DNA of 64,000 nucleotides, from NCBI GenBank assembly GCA_951406725.2, contig OX597814.1, positions 64,232,001 through 64,296,000 of the forward strand. Reading direction: 5' to 3'. Positions 1-12,493 of the stretch are shown piece by piece; position 1 is the first letter of the stretch, and every line of letters begins with the position of its first letter. The position numbers were made by a program, and so were the translations under genes. Under the pieces are notes generated by a model, which was given only the letters and a program-made list of their open reading frames with translations, searched no databases and had not been told where the DNA came from. This DNA comes from Octopus vulgaris. Lineage: Eukaryota.

Positions 1-1989
1 TATTTCTTATTACAACCGAATAACGACCTTTACTTAGTCCCTTCAAATGCCACTCATGTACTTCATCATCTCAACTGTTTTTCTCGTCCCTTGATACAGT
101 TATTTTTCTATAATCTATTCTCTTGTGTCCGTGAAGATGTTATCACCCTACTCTCCGCCCTAACCTTTCAAACATAGCATTACACACTAGCAGCCACATA
201 TCAAGTCTACAAAGCCTCTATGAAAAGAGAGCTTAGAAATATTCTAAAATAGAATCATGATAATCTTGTGCCTTTCAACAACACAAAGACACCATTACTG
301 CACATATCCAGGAATCGATTTCCTATCTCGCTTGTCAATGGTGACATTCGCCCAAAATCCTCATGCAATAAAACGTAAATTATGAGACCACATAAACATT
401 CTAACAGAAGGGCATATGGTGTTTCTGTAATACGTTAAACAGAATTTCTGCCATTACATACAGTATTACCACCAAATATACAGACGGATATACAGTAGTG
501 ATTCCCAAAGCACTATTATAACCTATCATTCTCCTGAGACAAACTTAAAATCACACCCACAGAAATAGCAGCAGTAGCTTTTGGGAGCCCACGCAACATA
601 ACTGAGTCAATTGAGGATCCATAATAATGTTTTAAGGGCCTCTGAAAAAATTTGGCTTTAGATTTATGTATTTGTATGTTTGGAAGAAACAGCTAGGTTT
701 TTCAAACATTTTACACAAGTTAATGTGTGAAAAACAAAATAGGAATTGTGAAAACAAAATAGGAATTTTGAAAAAGTATGTATAAGAATAGTTTTTAAAC
801 ATCGAATGGCTATGGGAATCCACCAGAGTAACATAGTAATCAAAGGAGTCCATAGATAAAAAGAAAAATTGTTGAGAAATCCTGTACTATCCCTTAGTTT
901 TGGCGTTCCTTTTATAACAAAAATAATATTGAATGGCATGTACTAAATACTCTTACGGTAGGGCCCAATTTATAATATTGGGAGTTGAAAGTCTTCGATA
1001 GAGTGTTATAAAACAAATGTCTTAGCATGGGAGATAACTATAATAAAATCGTATAATTGAAATTTTTGAAAAATCAGTGCAACACAGATTGTTAAAGTAG
1101 TAAAAACGATATGTTTCAATCTTATTAAACGGGACTCTAGGAGTATTTAGTAGGCAGAGCTCTATTCTGAAAAACATTCTTTCAAACATATTGATGAAAT
1201 TGATAATCCTCACATTCTCTCTGTTTTTCTATATATTGGTTTATTTCACTTGTGTGAAATATACATCCCTGGAGAAGTGTAATAAGACCGCATATAGACA
1301 GTGCTTTCACCAGTTTTCCTTAAAAATAACACCCACTCATTTGTATCGTGTTTATTATCCAAAATTTCAGCTAGTTTGTTTTATTGAATTTCTTCCATTT
1401 CAATAAACCCCAGAGGGGTATTTTGTCTACTAACAGCCAGAAAAACTACAGTGAATCAAAGATTTTCAATCTACTGTATTACATATGTGAAGATTTCCCA
1501 CTCAGTATACCATACATGCGAGACCCAAACACATTATGCATTTGCAAGTGTACAAACTGTTTATAGTAAACGGATAGTGTTTTACACAAAAATATTACTT
1601 TTGACTGGACATACTTTGAGAATACCAACTATATCAGTGACAATTTCCTTGTATCATAAAAGCAAACTTTCAACAGGAGAATTAAAATTTTTCAATGACT
1701 CCAATTATATATTTGTATATTCAGACAAAGGAAAATATCGTTCATATAAAAAATGTATTATACATTCTGATTATTTTTTATCTAAAAGCAACAAAAAATA
1801 TAGGAAATCGTTGTTTCTTACAGATTAATTTACAACCCTTGTCGGTTAGGACAATCAGCTACAATATATATCAGATTTCACCAATTGTCGAGTTTAAAAT
1901 AAATTGTCCCCAGTGTTGTTGTACAAAACAACTTAAAATTGAATGTATGCGAGTCTACATTGACACATTACAGTATATATTACAGTCCG

Positions 1990-2935
1990 CTACCGTCGTT
2001 GACCCATCACCCTCCCCAAGCAGCGGCGAAAAGTGCTGCTGGAAAGCAACACACATCCGTTCAGAACCGAGTAGTACGTGCCCGTCCTGATTCGTCAAAG
2101 ACTTGATCGTGGTTTTGTTTCCACTTTGCGTCTCTACCGTTTGGGCCCATCGAACGGCTTTAGTTCCTTCGTGTTTTAGTGCACAGGCTTTAGCTCTGAC
2201 AACGGGCCCTTCATTTTCGCCGCAAAGAGCCATTCGTTAATACGTCGCTTGCAATACCTTTACTAATAGCCTCTTCTAGTTTATAAACTAGTTTTCCCTC
2301 TAATCTATTTCTTTCTATTGCTGAATCTTTGATAAATGATATTGAGTCTCCTCTAATCGCTCTCTTCAGAGCGATCCACCACCGGTTGTTGACGATAGCC
2401 ACCGTCAACTGCCGCATAACTAGTTTGCTAATCTGGTTCCTCTAGTCATTGTGAGCCGGTAAGGACGCATTCAAATTTCAGTGACGGGTCCTATCTAAAT
2501 CGACTGAGCATATCACAAATTTGTGATCTGTGTAGCCATCCAATTTAAATTATGGACAACCTATGCTATCCCTATTCTCTGACCTAACAAATATTCTATC
2601 TAAATACGATCTGGATGACCTGCTGTTGTTGCTCCATGCCCGCTCTGGCACATCAGGGAAGTCCAGTCGGTACCTGTCAGAAAGCTGGCAAGTCCTGAGC
2701 AGGTTCTCGAGTCTTTTACATCCCCTTGTACTAAACCCATGCAGTCCTTCTGTACGTAGTACTAAAGTGAGAGATATTCCCAAGAATGTTTCTAGACGCC
2801 TGAAGAAATATGGCCTTCCAGCCCCTTAGGGGCGTAAACTGCCACCAGTATAAAGGCGTCACCTTCGCTGCCATTCACATCCAGCATCACCACCCTACCA
2901 TCCGGGTCAAGGAAGGTAGCCCTTACTTGGAGATC
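1990..2935 (-). pseudogene. Decayed Tx1/L1-clade ORF2 fragment (APE endonuclease and linker) of a related older family
   Basis: Broken ORFs give SRSYLDRIFVR, NNRWWIALKRAI, AVRWAQTVETQ and MCVAFQQHF, colinear with ORF2 at 9228-8000 (SRSYLDRILIR, NNKWWYALKRAI, AVRWARVVEAQ, MCEAFQEHF). Boundaries approximate. Confidence 0.85.
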
Positions 2936-3062
2936 GAAGGATTTCCGGAGTAGCACTGCTACACCGCCACCCGCTCCCGATGGACAACAAGACGAGAATA
3001 CCTCGTAGTCCTTGAAAATTTACATTATTTACATTCGACAGATATACCCTCCAGCCTTCTCC

Positions 3063-3140
3063 AGGGCATATGGCGTAGTGGTTAAGAGCGCGGGTTACTA
3101 ACTTCAAGATTCCGAGTTCGACTCCAAGCAGTGACCTGAA
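3063..3140 (+). mobile_element. Short tRNA-derived SINE or tRNA pseudogene with (AAT)n tail
   Basis: A box TGGCGTAGTGG and B box GAGTTCGACTCC at tRNA spacing, followed directly by (AAT)n. Confidence 0.65.
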
Positions 3141-3157
3141 CAATAATAATAATAATG

Positions 3158-3189
<32 letters not shown>

Positions 3190-3588
3190 ATAAAGACAAT
3201 GACGATGACAATTTGATACTCCTGGGTTATTCATTAGTTATTAAATTTAAGGTAGAGTTGTTTCAAAGTGCGACCTATTGTGTTGCAACCAATACAAAAT
3301 AAGCCTGCAAATATAACATCGGTCTGAGTATGACTGTGTATGGAAGGTCATACTGGTTTTAGTATACATAGTCAAGGGATGCACATATATGTGCTCAAAT
3401 ATATGCACGCATACGACATACACGCACACAAACACACACATTCACATACGAACACAAATTCATTTGCATACACATACGCATATCTATGTATATAAATATA
3501 TATGTTGCTTTGCATGTGTGTGTATGTGTATGTATGTGTGTGTTTATGTTTGTGTTTAATTTCGTGTGTGTGTATATGCGTAAATATA

Positions 3589-3620
<32 letters not shown>

Positions 3621-4097
3621 CTAGCATTAAAGACCCGTCGTTGCCGAGTCATAGTGCTAGTGCATGTATATATGTGTATATATATGTGTACATATTACAT
3701 GTACATCTATATATATACATCTACACATAAAATTCAAAATATAAAGTTATATCTTAATATCGCTAGTGATAACAATACTCAAAATATATAACAGACTGGA
3801 ATTGTTAGCCCGTCTCTTGTAATTTCGATCAATTGTATCTTGTTCTCCCTCTTGTATAGAAGTGTGGCTACAATCCAGCCTACCTCTACTTTCATTTTAA
3901 ATTTTTTTCCGGGACGTCCTTCGTCCCAGATATAATGGTAAAAATAAAATATTTCCACTTTGCAAGTTCGAGTCGAATACTCCCTTGCACGCTCCGTTGA
4001 CTCGAACCTTGCTTCTGTTGTGGCGAATTTGCCGCCTCTGATTAGATAACTTTCATAGTCGCACCAAGACACTTTTCGAAGGTGCTTTCCTCCATGT

Positions 4098-5574
4098 TGT
4101 TTTATTATTACCCACAAGGGGCGAACATAGATGGGACAATACAATCTGATGATGGGGTCAGACAAACGAATGGGTTTTTACAATAAATCGGATTTAAAAA
4201 TTTTCATGAATTACAATAAATGGTCAGAAATCGAAAGATGGGACAGACCGGAAGACATTACGGGTGGAGTGGGTGCGGGTTTAGCTCGGACCCCACGAGC
4301 CCCGCCTCCCCACTGATACTTTTGGTTGCGCTTGGTATTACATTTATGTTGTATCTTTCACTCGCAACTTTCGTGCTACATCCTTCCATCGTTCTTCATA
4401 CACTCTCCTAGTCAGGCATATTCTCTCCAGCCCTATCTTCCTTTTCAGGTGAAAGATGAAATACTTCATCAAACCAGGGCCGGAGATGAACTTGCCTGAC
4501 TGTAAACCTTTCATTCTCGTCTTCCATATCACCTCTTTCGCAATTGCTACTACAACGAGAAAACGAAACTTACCTTCATTCACGAGGAAATCCGGTGGGT
4601 CAATTTTTGTAATCGACTCAGTCGACAGCTGTACTCTTCGTGTACCTGACAACAGCTGTTCGGCATAAACCCACACCTCAGACACGTCCGAACAATGAAC
4701 AATAGCGTGCGGGACGATTTCCCTATCCCGCCCGCATCTTGGACATATCGGACTGTCTTGGCCACCGTGCCTTGCGAGTTTATCCCGAACAGGTAGAGCT
4801 CCTCTGTAGCATTGCCATGCCAGAGACTTCTGGAAGTTGTCCAGTGTCCTCGGCTCGAACGTACGTCGGAACAGACTGGCCAGCTGATTATCGTCGAGAC
4901 CTAGGGTTTCCCCCAAGGTATCTTCACATTCCGCCTCTACCAACCCTCTATAGAAGAATGTGGTGGAACCCCCACCGCAGGCGTTGCCCGAGCGACGGAA
5001 TAGCAGGAGAGCTTGCGACACTCCGTGTACCAAGTACCAAGTTTCGATCTACGATTCAGCCAGGTTTCCCATCCACCGAAACTAGTGAACTTGGGAAACA
5101 TCAGTTTTGCTAGCGAAGACCACACCCGTTCACCATCCAGGTAGAGCCACAGATGTCTTAACCTCAGCGCATGTCTGCGCATCATCAGCCAAGGCATCCC
5201 TAGCCCACCCTTTAACGGTTGTTGACAGCAAGTAGAGCGTTTCACAAGTGGTTTCCCGCCCTTCCACAAGAAGTAGAAGAGCTGTCTTTCCAACTTGATC
5301 AACCACGAATCAGGGCAAGGAACGACGGAAAGGCGGTAGGTGATAACCGATGCGATAAACACATTGGCCACCTCCGCCCTCCCTTTCAGGGATAGCCACC
5401 GCCAAGACCAGGTCTTGGCTACTGCAGCCACCTTGCTCGTTACCTCGCCCCAATTCTTCTCTATTTGGAGGTCTGGACCGAACCAGACCCCTAGCAGTTT
5501 AATCGGACCCTCCGTCCAACGTCCCACGACGCTGTCAGGAGGCATCGACTTGCCTCTCCAGGTGCCGAGTTGCA
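4098..5574 (-). mobile_element. 5'-truncated Tx1/L1-clade LINE copy (end of RT, zinc finger, 3' UTR)
   Basis: Near-identical to 5591-7074. Flanked by exact 16-bp direct repeat GTGCTTTCCTCCATGT (4082-4097 and 5575-5590). ORF pieces 5574-5010 and 5033-4344 include CPRCGRDREIVPHAIVHC. Confidence 0.93.
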
Positions 5575-5835
5575 GTGCTTTCCTCCATGTTGTTTTATTA
5601 TTACCCACAAGGGGCGAACACAGATGGGACAATACAATCTGATGATGGGGTTAGACAAACGAATGGGTTTTTACAATAAATCGGGTTTAAAAATTTTCAT
5701 GAATAACAATAAATGGACAGAAATCGAGTGATAGGACAGACCGGAAGACATTACGGGTGGAGTGGGTGCGGGTTTAGCTCGGACCCCACGAGCCCCGCCT
5801 CCCACTGATACTTTTGGTTGCACTTGATTACATTT

Positions 5836-8800
5836 ATGTTGTAACTTTCATTCGCAACTTCCGTGCTACATCCTTCCATCGTTCTTCATACGCTCCTAGT
5901 CAGGCATATTCTCTCCAGCCCTATCTTCCTTTTCAGGTGAAAGATGAAATAATTCATCAAACCAGGGCCGGAGATGAACTTGCCCGACTGTAAACCTTTC
6001 ATTCTCGTCTTCCATATCACCTCTTTCGCGATTGCTACTACAACGAGAAAACGAAACTTACCTTCATTCACGAGGAAATCCGGTGGGTCAATTTTTGTAA
6101 TCGACTCAGTCGACAGCTGTACTCTTCGTGTACCTTGACAACAGCTGTTCGGCATAAACCCACACCTCAGACACGTCCGGACAATGAACAATCGCGTGCG
6201 GGACGGTTTCCCTATCCCGCCCGCATCTTGGACATATCGGACTGTCTTGGCCACCGTGCCTTGCGAGTTTATCCCGAACAGGTAGAGCTCCTCTGTAGCA
6301 TTGCCATGCCAGAGACTTCTGGAAGTTGTCCAGTGTCCTTGGCTCGAACGTACGTCGGAACAGACTGGCCAGCTGATTATCGTCGAGACCCAGGGTTTCC
6401 CCCAAGGTATCTTCACATTCCGCCTCTACCAACCCTCTATAGAAGAAAGTGGTGGAACCCCCACCGCAGGCGTTGCCCGAGCGACGGAATAGCAGGAGAG
6501 CCTTGCGACACTCCGTGTACCAAGTACCAAGTTTCGATCTACGATTCAGCCAGGTTTCCCATCCACCGAAACTAGTGAACTTGGGAAACATCAGTTTTGC
6601 TAGCGAAGACCACACCCGTTCACCATCCAGGTAGAGCCACAGATGTCTTAACCTCAGCGCATGTCTGCGCATCATCAGCCAAGGCATCCCTAGCCCACCC
6701 TTTAACGGTTGTTGACAGCAAGTAGAGCGTTTCACAAGTGGTTTCCCGCCCTTCCACAAGAAGTAGAAGAGCTGTCTTTCCAACTTGATCAACCACGAAT
6801 CAGGGCAAGGAACGACGGAAAGGCGGTAGGTGATAACCGATGCGATAAACACATTGGCCACCTCCGCCCTCCCTTTCAGGGATAGCCACCGCCAAGACCA
6901 GGTCTTGGCTACTGCAGCCACCTTGCTCGTTACCTCGCCCCAATTCTTCTCTATTTGGAGGTCTGGACCGAACCAGACCCCTAGCAGTTTAATCGGACCC
7001 TCCGTCCAACGTCCCACGACGCTGTCAGGAGGCATCGACTTGCCTCTCCAGGTGCCGAGTTGCAAGCCGACTGACTTTTCGCGATTAACTTTTGCTCCTG
7101 TCACCGTCTCGTACACCTCTATGGCCTTGCCTACTTTACATAGGTGGTCCATTTCGGTTACGATGATGGTGATGTCATCCGCGTACGCTGACACTGATTT
7201 TCCATTACCTGGCTGTCTCGGGATGCCGCTCAGTTTTCGCAGTAATGGCTCAAGAGCCATCACGTACAAAAGCGGGGAGAGCGGACACCCTTGACGAACC
7301 GAGCGTTTGATTTTGAACGGCTTCGACAAGAAGCCGTTCACCCGAACTACCGAGTCGATGTTATCATAAATTTCGATAATCCACCTGAGGAATCCAAGGC
7401 TCAGCCCGAACTGTGCCAGGGCAGATACCAGGTAACGATGGTCGACCCTATCAAAAGCTTTAGATTGGTCTAAATGGACCAGTGCCCCACCCTTGCCAGA
7501 ATCACTATTAAACCCCTCTATAGTGTACCGCATTAGATGGAGATTATCCTGAATGGATCTGCCCGGAACGGCACATGTCTGTGCCCCTCCGATCAGACCA
7601 TCCGCGACACGCGCCAATCTTTTCGATAACACTTTGGCCAAAATCTTCAACTCTGTGTTTAGCAGAGTGATGGGCCTGAAATTATCAATGCACTCCCCCT
7701 TGCTCGGGTCCTTTCTGACGAGAGTCACTACTCCCCGGCGCACAGATCTGGGTATAAGCCCGTTCTGCTGCCAGTTCGCGTAGACCTCCGCCAGTAGGTG
7801 CCCGAACAAGTCTGGCATACTCTTATATAACTCATAGGGTAGACCATCCAAACCCGGCGCCTTGCCCGCACCGCAGTCCGCCATTGCCTCAACCACCTCC
7901 TCAGGCGTGATTGGCCCTTCACAGCCCTCCGCATCTCGCCCCGATAAGCGCGGCAGACCGTCGAGTAGGTCCGTAAAGGCCCTCCTCCTATCCAGTCCGC
8001 CGCACTCACCGAAAAGCTGAGCGAAGTGCTCCTGAAAGGCCTCACACATCTCCTCGGGTTCGTTTATCAACTCACCTTGTTGGTTCGTCAAAGATCGAAT
8101 CGTGGCATCGTTACCATGCTGAGCTTCCACCACTCGGGCCCATCTCACGGCGTTGATTCCTTCACATCCCATATGACGGATTCTAGCCCTGACAATGCAG
8201 CCCATGTGTTTGGCCTCGAGGTGCTGGTTTAACACCAGTCTCTTGGCCGCCACCTGAGCCGCAGAGCCAGTTTTCATGGCTTCCTCTAATTCCTTAACTA
8301 GAGTAGTTTCCCTTCTAGCCTCTCTAGCCACTACTCCTATGCTATATCTAATAGACTCAAACTTGATGGCTCGTTTGAGGGCGTACCACCATTTGTTATT
8401 AATGATGGTACCAGATAGTGCCCTCTGAATTATATTCCTAATCCGGTCTTTGTACTCCTTAATCGCCAAAAGGGACGTATTAAGTTTCCAGTAACCGGAT
8501 CCTCTATTTTTAACCTTATCTATATCAAGCTTACAAGTGACCATTTTATGATCACTGTAGCTGATCGGGTAAAACTGTGGACACTTAGCTATTTTACTGT
8601 CTACTTTTCTAATTAGTATTCTATCTAGATACGACCTGGAAGATCCGTCGCTGTTTGACCATGTCCACAATGGAGCGTTCGGAAATTCCAGCCTATAAGG
8701 ATCTGCTAGCTCAAAGCGGCTTAGCAGTTCCATGAAGCCACTGTTGCCTTTTCTATCTGGACACGAGCCAACATAATCTACATCCGCTTTGCAAATTGTG

Positions 8801-9228
8801 TTAAAGTCTCCTAGCACCACTAATGAATGCGAAGTACCAAGAAAGTTTTCTAGTTCACGAAAATAATCACTTTGCCCTGTATGGTTGGGTGCGTAAATTG
8901 CAACCAGTCTGATAACTTTACCATTACTGAACGTCAAATCCATGACGACCAGCCTACCTTCTGGATCTGCAAAAATTAACTTTTTCTCAGAAACCCGGTT
9001 TCTTTTTAATAGGACCAACACCCCACTCCCGCCTGTAGGACTGCCAGGAGAGAAAAAACTCTCGTAGCCGTCAAACAGCGGGAGTAGACCTCTTGGCCCC
9101 TCTAACCGGGTTTCTGTAGCAACAATAACATCTAAATTACGCGACCTGATATCATGCAGGAAGCGACCTTGCTTCCAGCCTGCTCCCAGGCCGCGCACAT
9201 TTAAACAACCAACATAAATGTAATCCAT
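5836..9228 (-). CDS. ORF2: APE endonuclease, reverse transcriptase, C-terminal CCHC finger (~1130 aa; frameshifts near 6136 and 5890)
   Basis: EN motifs LNVRGL, ATETRL, IYAPN, GDFN, LDRI, SDH. RT motifs KAPGLDG, FRPITLLN, DQSKAFDRV, RQGCPLSPLLY, YADD, KLLGV. Zinc finger CPRC..HAIVHC. 1040 aa open (9228-6106); true C-terminus inferred from the adjacent truncated copy. Confidence 0.95.
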
Positions 9229-9237
9229 TACTTACCT

Positions 9238-10615
9238 TTATATCAGTGGTTCGGTTTTTTCTTCTTCTTCCTTCTCTTTTTCTGGGCCTCGTGGGGGAGT
9301 CTGACGTAGGCCCTCGAATATATGTGGAGATGTTACATCCAACCTAAGTGGGCCTACGTCATGGAAGAATTCTGACTTTATCCGCCCGTAATCCTTCCGG
9401 TCTATTTTGTAAATTACAAAGTCATTTTTTTTCTCTACTTTCTTCACTTTGGCCATGGCTGCCAACACGTTTCCGAGTCTGCTATTTGATGCTTTTACGG
9501 CCATATATGAGTTCATTGACTCTTTTTTCTTTTTTAAAATTACTCTGGGAGGGGTGGTTTCCGTTTTTCTTTTTTTTTTTCCGATAATTTTTGCCCACCC
9601 CTCCTCATTTATCTTTTCCTCGCTCTTTTTTTCTCCGCCGCTGGTTCTGCTGTTACCATCACCTCCACACCTTCAGTCTTCCCTTCTGGGCCGTCTGACG
9701 CTGCTTCTGGTGACACATTGTCTTCTTTTTCTTTTGGCTTAGGTGCTTCCTGCGGTTTGGGTTGGGGCTGGCATTCCGCCCTTACATGCCCCTTCTTACC
9801 GCAGCCGAAGCACCTCGGCTTTCTGCCCTCTACGAAGACTGTGACTCTTTCATCTTCGCTTATCCTTAGAGTCTCTGGGATCTCTTCCAGGGTTTGTACT
9901 TCTGCTTGTATGGCTATTATTATCTTTTGCCCTTTCCAGAATTCTTCTTCTTCTACGGTGGCCTGGAGGATGTTTATTTTTTCCTCCAGGCCTACCATAA
10001 CTGCTGCCACTAGGACTTCGGCATCCGCTTCTGGCGGGATGTTGTTCATTGTGATCTTGGAAGTTCTCTTGCCTTTATACAGGGGTAGGAGAACAATATC
10101 CTCCGCTTTTATGGGTTCCATGGATAGCTTCTTCGCTACCTCCTCTGACGTGAATCTCACCTCCACTGTGCCGTATTTCTTCCCTCGATTGATATACGTA
10201 ATTTTATCCATTATTGGCTTTAAGCAGTTTTCAATCTTTTTCTCCTCTATTTTTTGGATTGCTCTGTTTGTTATACTGAATGTCTTATAGATTATTCTCC
10301 TATTCGAAATATCCTCCTGTATTTGGGCGTTTGAAGCCACGGTTACTTCCGTGCCCTCTTTTGACACACAGTCCGCATGTTTTCCCAGGTTGTCCACGTT
10401 AATTTTTTTATTTTCTTCCCAGCCACTTCAGCGAATTTTTTTGCTGGAGTTGATGCTGGTACTGGTTTTACCATTTTCTTGGGCGATGCCGCCTCTTTTT
10501 TCTTCGGCGACAGCGCCTCTTTTTTTCTTGGCGACAACGCCTCTTTTTTACTTGGCGACAACGCCGGGTATTCATCCTCGCTCGTCACGGGCGAATAAGT
10601 GATGGGGGACTCCAT
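9238..10615 (-). CDS. ORF1 (Tx1-type gag-like RNA-binding protein, CCHC knuckle), ~460 aa, broken by two 1-nt losses in A7 runs (~10405 and ~9628)
   Basis: Joins ORFs 10624-10343, 10397-9609 and a frame open from ~9670 to 9238. CFGCGKKGHVRAEC knuckle; RRM-like segment GTVEVRF; N-terminal SPxK repeats. Confidence 0.85.
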
Positions 10616-11088
10616 CTTGAACAAATGGCTTTAACAAGCCTTTGGTAATCTAAATTAATTGTAGTTTTCCCCCACTGAGGGGGGAACACCAACGCGAAGT
10701 CTTCGCGCGAAGGTTGACTTCGTCAGTTAGACAACAATGGACAAAAAAAAAAGGTAGACCAACAGTATATAATAACAGAGATAAGTAGTATGAGAGCAAA
10801 AATATATATCAACTTACTAATAACGCAAAAAATTGATTTCCTCCATGTGATTTTATTATTACCCACAAGGGGCGAACATAGAGGGGACAATACAATCGGG
10901 GAACTTAAAATAAGAAAGCGAATGACAAGAAAAGGAAAAAATAAAAGTAAAAATGACATATGAAAGAATATTTACAATGAGATGTAAATGCCCACTCGAT
11001 CCCCGGAATCGAGAGGTTACATTTTCGTCACATATATTTCACAATATTTTTCTTTTTTCTCTTCTTTCTTCTCTCTCTTCTCACAGTT

Positions 11089-12493
11089 CTAAACATATTC
11101 CATGATAGTTTTCAATTCTCTAAAGTCTATCACTGAGCCCTCAGGCAGCCGCTCTCTCACTCGAACACTCGTGTAAAATGTTACACTCTCACCGGCAGCT
11201 CTGAGGAACTCAGCGACTCTTTCTTCGGGGATTAGAGCAGTCTCCTGCCACTGATCGGTCATCCTGTTGACCCACACATGTCCCTCCGTATTACTTGTCA
11301 AATCCTTCATTTCAGGGCAGAAATGGAAGGTTACTAACTTGTAGAAGCAGTAATCTTGTTTCCGTCCTACGTTTTCCTTCATTTTTCTTTTCGGGCTTAT
11401 TTCTTCCTTGTTCTCCTCTCTTTGTTTCTCTCTTTCTCTCTTTTTGCCTTCTTTTCTTTCCTCTTCCTTCTCTTGTCTTTTTGGTTCTTTGTCTGTTCTC
11501 TCTTTCTCTCGTGTTTTATGTTCCTTTTCTTTTTCTTTTGTGTGCCGTCTTTTCTTTTCGTTTGATTCTGATCTCTCTCTTGTTTTTTTCCTGTTGTTTC
11601 TTTTTCCTTTTTTTTTTCCTGACTCTGTTTTGGTTCTATTTCTTTCTTTTCTTTTATTTCTTTTTCCTTCATTGACTTATTATTTCCTTTCTCTTGTTGT
11701 TTTGTTTCCTTTTCTATGTTTTCTTTTTCATTTACCGTGTTCTTCTTTTCTTCGAGTTCCTGCTCGCACTCCGCTACGAATTCGTATAACGGGCACTCTT
11801 TTTTAATGTGCCCCCTTGTCCCGCACAAGTAGCAGTTTGGCTTTCTTCCCTCTACAATTACACTGAGGGTTTTCTCATCTTCAATTTCTATTCTGTAGGG
11901 GAACCTTTCAATGTCCTCTTTTGTGGCCATCAAACACAGTTCTACCCCATATCCTCTCCAGTTTATCACGTTGGACTCCTTAAAGGATTCCACCTCCACT
12001 TCCTCTTCTGCTGCTCCTAGAATAGCTGTTGCCAGCCATTCTGTTTTTACTTCTGGGGGTATATTCGGGATTTTAACCCGGACCCCTCTTCTTCCCTTGT
12101 ATGAGGGCCACATTGTAAATGTTTCCGCTCTTAGTACAGTGGTAGCCAGTGAGGCTGCAATTTCTTCCGTTGCACATCTCACCTCCACCGTACCAAATTT
12201 CTTTCCTCTACTCACGTAGGTCGATTTCCCCATTATGTCTCCCAGACATTTTTCGATTTCTGCTATCTCCACTCTTGCCAGTTTCTTTGTATTTTTGTCT
12301 TGGGTTCTATATGTTACAGTCTTGTTTTCTTTGTCCTCTTTTGCTTTCGCGGGGGGATTAGCTTCACGCTATCACCCTCCCTTTTGAATAGCTTTTCATA
12401 TTCTTTGAGTTTACTCTTCTCAAAGAAAACATCCTTCACGATTATCGACGAATCATTATTTTTCTTTCCCGTGACCCCCGCGTAAGTCGCCAT
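11089..12493 (-). CDS. ORF1-like protein, unit 1 (two frameshifts)
   Basis: MATYAG start at 12493; C6 run at 12351-12356 and an A-run indel near 11535 break the frame; CYLCGTRGHIKKEC knuckle. Confidence 0.8.

Larger units (their letters stand above)
5591..10836 (-). mobile_element. Full-length Tx1/L1-clade non-LTR retrotransposon (~5.25 kb)
   Basis: 5' UTR, ORF1, 9-nt spacer, ORF2, 3' UTR ending GGGTAATAATAAAACA; flanked by 12-bp repeat TTTCCTCCATGT (5579-5590 and 10837-10848). Confidence 0.95.

Noticed and set aside
1-1950. Short ORFs and a ~20-bp tandem repeat (GAAAACAAAATAGGAATT, ~728-775)
   Set aside because: AT-rich with no motif or clear termini; possibly an old TE remnant but unsupported.
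3960-4097. snRNA, tRNA or 5S gene as the Tx1 target
   Set aside because: The flanks do not resemble any such RNA that I can recognise; they fit a Helitron interior better.
4082-7074. 1.5-kb direct repeat interpreted as LTRs or a simple tandem duplication
   Set aside because: No TG..CA ends, PBS or integrase; has a TSD, 5' truncation inside RT and divergent 3' UTRs typical of a separate TPRT insertion.
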